A DNA stretch of 64,000 nucleotides from Bugula neritina. Taxonomy: Eukaryota; Animalia; Bryozoa. The stretch spans positions 7,146,707-7,210,706 of the forward strand of contig OZ037767.1 of the NCBI GenBank assembly GCA_964035545.1. Direction: 5' to 3'. The notes under the pieces are model-generated. The model was not told where the DNA came from. It made no database searches and worked only from the letters and a program-made list of their open reading frames with translations. Shown one piece after another: positions 1 to 17,021 of this stretch; the stretch's first letter is position 1; each line of letters opens with the position of its first letter. A program made the translations under genes and the position numbers.

Positions 1-644
1 TTCAACTACAACTTGTTGCATGGTTGTTAGGGTGTAATGCCATTCAAATCCAAATGGGGAACCAGCAAACTTGTTTCCAGGCTTTTGCAATATGCCTGCT
101 TCTCTTATTGTGGTTTTTGCAAAGCAGTTGTAGCCATAATAAATTATGTCACTGCGCACATTGCGTGCACTTATATACATGTTACAATATACCAGTTCTG
201 CATGTGGGCTGTGTTTCCAAGCAAAGTGATTATTGACTTATACAAGCTTGAATACAGCTGCTGTATTTGCTGTTGCATTAGGTTATCTAATAGATAAATC
301 ATTCTAATGATTCACTTGCAGCTTCTTTTAAAATAGTATGTAAGTTTTTTCAATGCCTACACCTCCATAACATGTCTTGTGATTCAACAGGCCTGGAGCT
401 TTTGATTGCAATAAAAATGCTATAAGAAGACAACTCTACTTGAACAAAGTCTTACAATTTAAAATTAATATAATTAGAATTCACAATGATACTATTTCTA
501 TATTATTTTAAGTATATACTTAGATAACTAGTTATTATTTGTTTTGGTAGAATACATTAAATTATATAAAACTTTTCTATCATAAAGACCTGACAGACCA
601 TTGTGTGTATAACAACTTCTTTATAGTCCATCTAGCAGCAATCT
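1..644. repeat. End of a third PON duplication unit extending left of the window
   Basis: 1-644 matches ~7978-8682 and ~15724-16408, the region upstream of each PON gene. Confidence 0.85.
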
Positions 645-1496
645 TTTAAAGTAAATAAAATGCAAATTAAAGTATATTATTATTGTACTTCGTGGTTACC
701 TTATGTTACAACTTCTCTAACAACCATGCAAGCATATACTATACACAGTATATTTAGAACATTTGACATACTGGCTATAGGAAATATGAAATGCTACCTA
801 AAGTTACAGGTAATACCACTTCCAAATGTCTGTTAAATGCTGTACACTTCTTTTTTCCTAAAACTACCACCAAGAATTGAGTGAAATGCTTCTCATGTAA
901 TAAGATAGTTTTGCATGCAAAATTTTGAGCTGCTCCATGATTTACTTTGTATTGTTTTATGTATCTTATATTATATATCATATTTATATATTATATTTAT
1001 TTTAGATACTATTATATATTTATTATATATTATTTTTTCTAGAAATTGACTTATGCTTCTCATCAATATTCACTAAAACTGGATGCGGTTTTAATTGAAA
1101 CTCTAACTGTCTGAAAAGATTTAAAGTATAATATTATTGTGAAACACACCTTATAAGTTATGACACAGTCTACAATTATGCTCAGAAGGCATGTAACATT
1201 GAAAACCATTAAACTTAACAAATACTGTAAACATAGAATACCCGGTGTTATCACATAATTCACACTAATTACCTAGTAAAGAATTACAAAATGGTTATAA
1301 TTATTATACGAAGATTAAAAAAGGTATTGAAGATAAAAAACATATTATACAAATTGAACTATTAGTAACATGATCATATAAAAATATTTTTTATGAATAT
1401 ATAAAATGTATATATTTAGTATTATATATAATTGTATATACTAATATAAGATATCAATGTATACAATTACATTAATTATATTAATAATATAACTCA

Positions 1497-6767
<5,271 letters not shown>

Positions 6768-7179
6768 CTTTGAACTTGGTCTTGAAGCCTGCAGAAAAGT
6801 TGAAGAAATTCAATTGCAGAGATGTAATAATATACAATAACTATACGATCAATTCAAATACTTCAATCAACTACTAATGACGGTAGCGATAGAATATTAG
6901 GAAATTCAAGGGATTAACTTATTAGTTATTACCTTGACTTTAAACAAGTAGAATAAATCATTTGTCAGTAGACCTCAAAATGGGCGGGTCTCAAAAACTG
7001 GAACTGAAATGAAATAAATGGAATCGTACTCATTCAGCGTTAGTAACTTTACCCCTTGTAAAAGTTGAATACATCGCGGTTTTCGATTCACTCCAATCTC
7101 GAAGCATGATTCGAGTTGGCCGATTTGACCTCCAGATGGAGGCGCCTACAAAGGAATTTTAACTTGATTAGCGAACATC

Positions 7180-7911
7180 CACCGGCTTTCCATGTACCGA
7201 TCTATGGAAAAACGTCAAAGATCGATCTCAGTCGTTCTCAGCTGGTCGGTCTGTAGAGCTCGAACTCAGATCGATCTCAAGGCAATAAGACCATGGAAAG
7301 ACGAAAGATCGATCCGAGAAGTAGAAAAATGACTGCTCGCTAAAATGTCGTCTGCTAATAAAAATGATAACTTATTGTTAATTACCAAGCAAAGTGCTTA
7401 ATAATTAAGATAGCCACCTTTTCAAGTGGCAAAACTTTGACTTCCAGTCAAATGATTAAGAAAACTTAATTATGTAAAATTATAGACGGTAGAAGATGCA
7501 AAAAGTGAAAGCATTTAAATTGAATTTAAATGACTAGTATAACGCACTGTCATTAGTTATTTGCTGCGTAATTTTAAGCCTAATAGTCCCGTAAGTTTAT
7601 GAATAAACTGCACAACAGCTATTAATTTTATATAAGCTGTCAAACTAAAATATTAAAATCAATTATCTTAAATTGGCCAAATTACTTCATATTAAAAGCT
7701 TTACGGCGTAGAGTTTATAGCTGACGTTAAATTTTAGACTATGAAAATTTTGTTTTTCAACAGCAGTAGCTTTTATCACTCAGGTAGGTGAAAAAATTAT
7801 ACTATTAGTCTTCACTTAAGAGGAGGCAACTCCCAGAGATTGATCTGACATTTGCATGGAAAAACGATCGATCTGAGCATATTACTCAGATCGGTACATG
7901 GAAAGCCCGTG
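7180..7911. mobile_element. Non-autonomous DNA transposon with CAC...GTG termini (Chapaev/CMC-like MITE)
   Basis: TIRs cac(c/g)ggctttccatgtaccgatct at both ends and subterminal GATCGATCT repeats. Absent from the paralogous site in unit B (gcgaac-ata-acatcacac). Flanks atc/att suggest a 3-bp TSD. Confidence 0.8.
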
Positions 7912-9528
7912 ATTACATCACACGGTCTCGCCAATCGCCAGATAACCAGTATGCTCTTCACCTCTTAACCTCTTCACCTCAACTACAACTTGTTGCATGG
8001 TTGTTAGGGTGTAATGCCATTCAAATCCAAATAGGGAACCAGCAAACTTGTTTCCAGGCTTTTGCAATATGCCTGCTTCTCTTATTGTGGTTTTTGCAAA
8101 GCAGCTGTAGCCTGTAGGCCTTCCTTTTATCATTTATATAGGTATGTCATATGAGTTGTGAATGTAATATAATAGATTATACCATGGCACACGGTGCATG
8201 CACTTAGATACATGTTACAACTTACAATATACCAGTTCTGCATGTGGGCTGTGTCTTCAAGCAAAGTGATTATTGACTTATACAAGCTTGAATACAGCTG
8301 CTGTATTTGCTGTTGCATTAGGTTATCTAATAGATTAACCGTTCTCATGATTCACTTGCAGCTTCTTTTAAAATAGTATGCAAGTTTTTTCAATGCCTAT
8401 ACCTCCGTAACATGTCTGGTGATTCAACAGGCCTGGAGCTTTTCATTGCAATAAAAATGCTATAAGAAGACAACTCTACTTGAACAAAGTCTTACAATTC
8501 AAAATTATTATAGTTAGAATTCACAATGGTACTATTTCTATATTATTTTAAGTATATAACTAGATAATTAGTTATTACTTGTTTTGGTAGAATACATTAA
8601 ATTATAAAACTTTTCTATCATAAAGACCTGACAGACCATTGTGTGTATAACAACTTCTTTATAGTCCATCTAGCAGCAATCTTTTAAAGTAAATAAAATG
8701 CAAATTAAAGTATATTATTATTGTACTTCGTGGTTACCTTATGTTACAACTTCTCTAACAACCATGCAAGCATATACTATACACAGTATATTTAGAACAT
8801 TTGACATACTGGCTATAGGAAATATGAAATGCTACATAAAGTTGAAGATAATACCAAATGTCTGTTAAATGCTGTACACTTTTTTTTTCCTAAAACTACC
8901 ACCAAGAATTGAGTGAAATGCTTCTCATGTAATAAGATAGTTTTGCATGCAAAATTTTGAGCTGCTCCATGATTTACTTTTTATTGTTTTATGTATCTTA
9001 TATTATATATCATATTTATATATTATATTTATTTTAGATACTATTATATATTTATTATATATTATTTTTTCTAGAAATTGACTTATGCTTCTCATCAATA
9101 TTCACTAAAACTGGATGCGGTTTTAATTGAAACTCTAACTGTCTGAAAAGATTTAAAGTATAATATTATTGTGAAACACACCTTATAGGTTATGACACAG
9201 TCTACAATTATGCTCAGAAGGCATGTAACATTGAAAACCATTAAACTTAACAAATACTGTAAACATAGAATACCCAGTGTTATCACATAATTCACACTAA
9301 TTACCTAGTAAAGAATTACAAAATGGTTATAATTATTATACGAAGATTAAAAAAGGTATTGAAGATAAAAAACATATTATACAAATTGAACTATTAGTAA
9401 CATGATCGTATAAAAATATTTTTTATGAATATATAAAATGTATATATTTAGTATTATATATAATTGTATATACTAATATAAGATATCAATGTATACAATT
9501 ACATTAATTATATTAATAACATAACTCA

Positions 9529-12500
9529 TTAAGATCTGCCGGAGAGGTAATTGACATCACAGACCACCATCTTGTCAACAATTGAACCAATCAGAAGCTT
9601 CCTATTAGTATAGATAGCTACAGAAGATGCCTGAATGACTGACATATCATCAACAAATACGGATTCTACTTCAGCCACTCCAGTTGGGTCCTTCACTCTA
9701 ATCACCTAAAAGTGTTTATAATTAGCTAATAATTCAGCATCATATAAAATTTGAGCTTGATGGTTGAAAAACAATTCGACATCATATAAAATGCATAAAG
9801 TTGTATAAACTAGTCAAGGAGCAGCCAATAATTAGTTGAAGATTAAAGCTGCCCATCAAAATGTAAAGCTCTAGACTCTAGAGCCAATGGAAAGCATTAA
9901 ATGTGTACATAAAAAAGTTGATGTTTTTAAGAAATTACGCAGCAAATGATTAAAACAATGGCAGTTTGCAATGAAAATGTTTCACTTCATTCAAATTTAG
10001 TGAAAATTGGTGTGAGCAAACTGTTGATATTCAGCTTCATGCTTTCAGTTTTGGGTTTGGAAAAATCTTTCAAGAGAAAACAACTACCAAGTTATTAGAC
10101 AGACTGGAAACTACATGGGAATACTACACACCTACAACTTTACATGTAAAGAGAGTGTTGCTTCAGCTTGTTCTCATCACCAACTTAGAGTAGAACATGA
10201 AATATCACTAGAGGTGACTGGCTGTACTTACGGTGGAGTGACAGCCATGTCTGTTAGGGTAATCCAAGTGTTCCATTGTCTCTTCTAGAATATTTTGACA
10301 TCCTAGCCATAGATCTCCAAACTCATCAATCTTTATATTATCCAGACTGCCAATAGGTATTGGAATACTCTACCAATAATATAATCATAGACATCAGTAA
10401 CCTAATACTCTATCAATAATATAACCATAGACATGATTTTCTGCTATAAGAGTTATAAAATATGCTACGCAGAGGTCAATGTTTGGAAAAATTATAGCAT
10501 AGACTATCCTACATTGAAATAGATCAGCTTAGGTTGTTGTATCATAAATCAATGTTGCCATGATGCCAATGGGAGAAAGTCCTCATGGTTGACATTACAA
10601 TGCGAATAAATTTTTCATTTGCTGTAACCCCTATGGAAATCCACTTGATATATGAAAACGCAGTGATTGACTAAACAGTCGTTGAATTAATATTTTGAGC
10701 TCAATGTAAGTTCAGTAGGGCTTCATTCAATAACTTTTTCACTACAGCTAAAAAGTGATAAGTTTAAAAACTGCAATAAAAACTTCCTAAAATACGAGGC
10801 TGTTTACCTTGAAATATTGAAGAGTGTTGTCACTTCTCTTAGTAAACACCTTTACAGCTCCTTTTGTGTTAACATAAGCAAATCTAAAAAATAGATAATT
10901 CAAATCATAAGATGAAATAGACATAAATACATACATACATACACGCACGCACGCAGGCACGCACACACACACACACATATATATATATATGTATATAAAT
11001 TGTAAACATGAATAACAGCTACAGACATACTATTAAACCATTATTCCAGTGATAACAATATTCATCCGATAAAAAATTATAATAGTAATTAAGATTGATT
11101 ACATGCATATATAACAATAGTCTAGACAACCTTTATTAATTGTAACAAAAAGTTTTCTGGGAAAACAAAACATGTCTTAATCACTTGCAGCGGAAATAAA
11201 GCATATAGAAAAAAAATGGTTTCTATAAACATTGCATTGGGATGGTATCAAATTTTCTAGTATGAATTATTTTAAATTGAATTGTGTCATAATTTTGATT
11301 TATATAATATATAAATCAAAATTATGATACAATGTAATTTAAAACAATTCATACTATATATATCTGCCTAAAACATATTCCCTATTTTCAAGTCAAACTG
11401 TAAGCAAACAAGTATATCTTCACATAATTGTATCCAACACACACCTGTCATCACCTGTCACACCATTGGGAAGCAGAAGACCATCTGCAGCTACCATATA
11501 CTTGTTGTCATTCACATAAAGTACGTTTGAAGTTTTAAATCCAAACAGAAGGAGCTCTATTGTAGTGGAGAGTCTGTCTCTAAACCTTGCTTGAAACATG
11601 TTGGTAAGATAAAAGCTGTCTTCCCCAGTCAGAGAGACACTGTTGATACTACAAATAAGAAAGTTTAATGTAGATTTAGCTAAAATAGGCTAAATAGTCA
11701 CATCAAAATCTCCATGTAGTAATTATCACAGTGTGATTACAAAGTTTTACTTTCTGTCTTTATTGAGAAGTTGAAAACCACCAATTAAATATTAAAACAA
11801 ACAGAAAATAAACAGAAACAGAGCAACCAATAACTATAATTTTAAGCTCTAAAGTGTTAAGATGCTTAAACATATAAAGAATATAGGTCAGCCGTATACT
11901 TTACAAACATCTCAAGTCACTATGGTTCTCATAAGCATAAATCACATTTAGAAACACAGAAAGTAAATATATTTTGATTAATGTTAAATTGATACCTAAT
12001 ATGTGTTCATAATGATAAAAATAACTTTAGCAGATGTATATTTGCAATGTCAAATTGATATTTAAACATTCTAAACAGTGAGAATCATTTTAGTCACATC
12101 TTTTTTTTAAAACCTTCATGAAGCTGAAAAACATATTTATAACAGATATGATAAATCAGTGAAAGTACTGCTACATGGAAATGACGTATAGAAATTAAAG
12201 AATTCTGTAGCAAATGACGCCATTACATGTACAATATAGTAGAATGTAGATCAAACATTTTTACCCGAACACTTGAAAGTTACCACTAGTTATGGTCTAG
12301 TATTCACCTACATTTCAGATTACAGTGCATGGTTACAGTTCAGCCATAGTAGTGGCTTTAAAATAGAAAAACTAATAGAATAAAGCAACTAGAAGCATAT
12401 TGTAATCCTAGGTGTGACTACTGTTAGCCAATTCAGTCTCTGAAGATGGTTTAATAGCAGCATATGTGATGTAACAAAAAAACTCACGCAAGTTTATAAT

Positions 12501-15260
12501 CACTATCCCTGTGAGAAACCCCTGATGGAAAAGGTTTTTTGTTAAATTGGGCCAATGACTTATTCAGATGGGGCACAGAAGCAATTATGACTGGATGCTC
12601 TTCCTAACATCATCAATGACCTTGTCCGCCCCGACCCATGACCTCATGTTTACTAGGCAAACTATCTAACCCCTAGACCACGGTTGCTCTCTAGCATATG
12701 TGTGGTAACAAAATAACGAAAATGGAAATGATAATCTAAGAACATTTACTTTAATATAACAGAAACTCATACTTTCTCATATATTCATAGTCCTGGTAGA
12801 GCTTTGTAAGGGTTAGAGAACTTTTACCATCATAAAGAAATCTCCCAACAGCCTCCGGCATATGAAAAACTATGAAGACTGAAACAGATTCTAAAATAAA
12901 GAAATTGATCAGCAATCACTAAGAAAAAACTGAAATGTAAATTTTCTATGTTTGAAATACAAATAATACTAAAACAAAGTGCCCAGTAAAATGATTTAAT
13001 AAATCTACTAACTATTCTTGTGCACCCAGTGGCTAAGTCCATGTGGCTCAAAATTCCTGTCTGCAGGCCAACCAACAATATTTAACTTTTCTACAGATTT
13101 AAAACTTTTTTTGGTATCCATCATGTAGATCGCTCCCTTCACTAAATTTGTTGAGTAGTCAAAATTTTTACTGAAACCTTTGAGACCCTAAAATACAAAT
13201 ACAAATGATACCTGTATGCCATGGAACTTTCTACAAACTTGGTATAAATGTTGTCAAAATAGTAATTCCTACCAGACATTTATTTAGCATTAAATTAGTC
13301 ACATATATCTTGGCTATCGGACAAATACAACTTCAGAACAGTAAGCTCAATTATACTGGTTTTATAATAAATTTGTTGCATGCAAAGCTCATAGAGTGAC
13401 AAAGTTTCTGTTGGACCCTCAGCACTATAGAACTGATGCCAACTATTGCTGACTTTCATTGTTTGCTGTTCTTTGCTGCTGCAAAACTTTAATGAAAGCA
13501 TTGCTTACGAAAACAGTTTAAAAAATAAAATATAAATGAAAAGTTGGAAACATTATATCATATTATGCTTCAACACACTTACAGATGTTACCAGTAGTTT
13601 TCCTGATGGTAGTAATGTCATATCTTCTGACCCTGCAGTCGCTACAACCAGTAGAAACTACAGGAATGATATTACGCAAGTAGCGAAACGTTTCCAAAGG
13701 GGTGTGACTAAAATGGGTGGCCACCTGGTGTCGCGGTCCGTGACACCCATTTTAGTCATAAGAGGGGGTTTTGACTTAAATGGGTGTCGCGAAGATTTTT
13801 AGTTTTATTTTCACATTTTGTAGACATTTTTCTTTGTTAATATTTCTCACAGCGTTTTTAATAGTTTGAAGTAGATTTTTCATAAGTTAGCATATCTATG
13901 ATTATAACGATAACAGTAAAATTGAGTGAAAATTAAATTTTTGATGAGGAAAGATAACTCTTGACGAGTTTGATTTTTGTTAAACTTAATTTAATTTAAT
14001 CATTATTTATTCATGTTTTTTGGTTTAAACGATTGTGAAATGCTATTTATTCACCGAAGATATATCTAAAAGCAATTTCAGCAGTCACAAATGTCTAAAA
14101 ATCTGAAAATAAAACGAAAATTGTTCGCGACACCCATTTTAGTCAAAACCTCCCCTTATGACTAAAATGGGTGTCACGGACCGCGACACCGGGTGGCCAC
14201 CCATTTTAGTCACACCCTTTCCAAAGTGTCACATTCACATAAAATATATAAATGCATAAAGTTATTTATGAAGACACATTTTCACGTTCAGGATATTTGC
14301 AATATATTTACATGAGTGCTTGTAAAATCTCTCCATACTTATTAAAATAGAAGAAAGAAATTTTTTGGGATAGAAAAAGCAAGCTTATCTAACAAATAAA
14401 TGAGCTTACTGAATCCTTCAACAACGTGGCACTCCCCAGGATAATGCTTCATGATTTGGTTGCCATAGCCCTTCATTATGTAACTTCAACAAAATGTTAA
14501 TACATACTTACTAAAATTAAAAATAACTGGGCACATAGCTAGAAAAATATTACAGCAAATAAAAAACTTTTTATTTCTGAAAGTTCTTTGTTTTATATTT
14601 TAAAGCTATAAATAATATTAAAGCAAACTCTACAACCATAACAGTAACTTCAGGTATGAGTTAGAGAGAAAAATTAGTGCTAAGGTTTGGTAGAGATATT
14701 TTTATATCAAACATGCTATTTATTTCAGATTTCTAAACAATTGATTCAGTTAAATATCTGATCTGGGTTTAAGTTACATTAACTTCATAACTTGTAAAGA
14801 TATTAATTTCCAACTTGTGCACTAGCACTCTTAAATAGTTAACTAATTACCTACACCAAGACAGTTTTCATGCCTGTAAATGGGATATGATAGTGATATG
14901 ACAAACCTTAGAGTATTAGTATTACATTTACTATCATTATTATTACTAATAGTAATACTAATAGTAATAGTATTCTACTAATACTAATAGTAATAGAAAT
15001 GGTTAAAGTCATAGTCAATCATACTCATAGTGATAGTCATAGTGCAACATCCTGATTTTGATTATCATTATGATTATGATCAACTATAACTATAACCTCA
15101 GCAGTAGCCGGTATGACTGCATAAAGACAACTATTAGTATTACTATCACTGCATTTATAAGTTAAAGTACAAGTTAAACTAAAACTTACACAACCTTTCC
15201 CAAGTGCAAAAGCACAACAGAAGTCAAAGTTGCTATTATAACTTTCACATATATATTCAT
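9529..15260 (-). CDS. PON: Paraoxonase/arylesterase (PON family), copy B, ~363 aa, 9 coding exons
   Basis: Exons 15190-15260, 14410-14483, 13583-13641, 13013-13187, 12773-12890, 11445-11648, 10808-10883, 10232-10369, 9529-9705. Sizes and splice sites match copy A, the ORF is intact, and there are ~10 aa differences. Confidence 0.93.
12475..12691 (-). mobile_element. tRNA-derived SINE, paralogous copy in PON copy B
   Basis: Same element at the same intron position as 4531-4750, so it predates the duplication. Confidence 0.8.
13700..14217. mobile_element. Mutator (MULE)-type MITE in intron 2 of PON copy B
   Basis: ~90 bp TIRs starting GGGTGTGACTAAAATGGG. Perfect 9-bp TSD tttccaaag (13691-13699 and 14218-14226). 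Absent from copy A. Confidence 0.9.
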
Positions 15261-16640
15261 CTTTGAACTTGGTCTTGAAGCCTGCAGAAAAGTTGAAGAA
15301 ATTCAATTGCAGAGATGTAATAATATACAATAACTATACGATCAATTCAAATACTTCAATCAACTACTAATGACGGTAGCGATAGAATATTAGGAAATTC
15401 AAGGGATTAACTTATTAGTTATTACCTTGACTTTGAACAAGTAGAATAAATCATTTGCCAATGAACCTCAAAATGGGCGGGTCTCAAAAACTGAAACTGA
15501 AATGAAATAGATGGAATCGTCCTCATTCAGCGTTAGTAACTTGTAACCCCTCTTGAAAGTTGAATACATCGCGGTTTTCGATTCACTCCGATCTCAAAGC
15601 ATGATTCGATTTGACCTCTAGATGGAGGCGCCTACAAAGGAATTTTAACTTGATTAGCGAACATAACATCACACGGTCTTGCCAATCGCCAGATTTGATT
15701 ATAACCAGTATGCTCTTCACCTCTTCAACTACAACTTGTTGCATGGTTGTTAGGGTACAATGCCATGCAAATCCAAATAGGGAACCAGCAAACTTGCTAT
15801 CAAGCTTTTGCAATATGCCTGTTCTCTTATTGTAGTTTTTGCAAAGCAGCTGTAGCCTGTAGGCCTTCCTTTTATCATTTATATAGGTATGTCATATGAG
15901 TTGTGAATGTAATATAATAGATTATACCATGGCACACGGTGCATGCACTTAGATACATGTTACAACTTACAATATACCAGTTCTGCATGTGGGCTGTGTC
16001 TTCAAGCAAAGTGATTATTGACTTATACAAGCTTGAATACAGCTGCTGTATTTGCTGTTGCATTAGGTTATCTAATAGATAAATCATTCTAATGATTCAC
16101 TTGCAGCTTTTTTTAGAATAGTATGTAAGTTTTTCAATGCCTATACCTCTATAACATGGCTTGAAGCTTTTCATTGCAATAAAAATGCTATAAGAAGACA
16201 ACTCTACTTGAATAAAGTCTGACAATTTAAAATTATTATATTTAGAATTCACAATGATACTATTTCTATATTATTTTAAGTATATAATTAGATAATTAGT
16301 TATTACTTGTTTTGGTAGAATACATTAAATTATAAAAAACCTTTCTATCATAAAGACCTGACAGACCATTATACAACAACTTCTTTATAGTCCATCTAGC
16401 AGCAATCTATTTCAGCAACACAAATATGGCCTTTTTCTCAGAAAAGTTCTACTGTTTTATGCTTGGAGCAAATAAAATTTGATTGATGGTTAAAATTTTG
16501 TTTAGTTTTATCAAGTTGCTACTTATTTAGCATGCAGGTTAGAAATTGTTCGCAACTAATTGTAAGACGGCACTGAATCTTGTTTGTTGCAAACTGTGTG
16601 TATATAACCTTATATATGTAGAGCTACTTGCACATGTACG

Positions 16641-16647
<7 letters not shown>

Positions 16648-16674
<27 letters not shown>

Positions 16675-16796
16675 TGTATGTATGTATGTATGTATGTATG
16701 TATGTATGTATGTATGTATGTATGTATGTATGTATGTATGTATGTATGTATGTATGTATGTATGTACGTATGTACGTATGTACGTATGTATGTATG
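16648..16796. repeat. (GTAT)n microsatellite
   Basis: Directly visible. It generates the YVCM/YIHT pseudo-ORFs. Confidence 0.95.
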
Positions 16797-17021
16797 CAGA
16801 TACCCTGTAAGTACTGTTAACATCTCATCAAAGTACTGAGCTCAAAGGTTATGCAATTGATTTTATTATTATATTAGTTTTTACAGAAGCAACAAAAACC
16901 ATCGATTATTTCTTTGTGATCTACACAATAGTACAACATCTAGGCCTGTATTAATGTATGATCATTGATTCCTGTACTAATTAGTACGTTTGTAATTCAG
17001 TCAATATAAAAAGAAAAGTTA

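Larger units (their letters stand above)
8683..16408. repeat. Tandem segmental duplication unit B (contains PON copy B)
   Basis: Colinear with unit A apart from copy-specific MITE insertions and microsatellite length. Confidence 0.9.

Noticed and set aside
7918-8376. Short ORFs repeated in each duplication unit (also 24-297 and 15583-16087)
   Set aside because: They recur only because of the recent duplication. Indels break the frames between copies and there is no recognisable homology.
16539-16839. YVCM/YIHT repeat ORFs (also CVRA ORFs at 2755-3070 and IYIY at 28095-28505)
   Set aside because: Microsatellite artefacts. Only the embedded true exon parts are coding.
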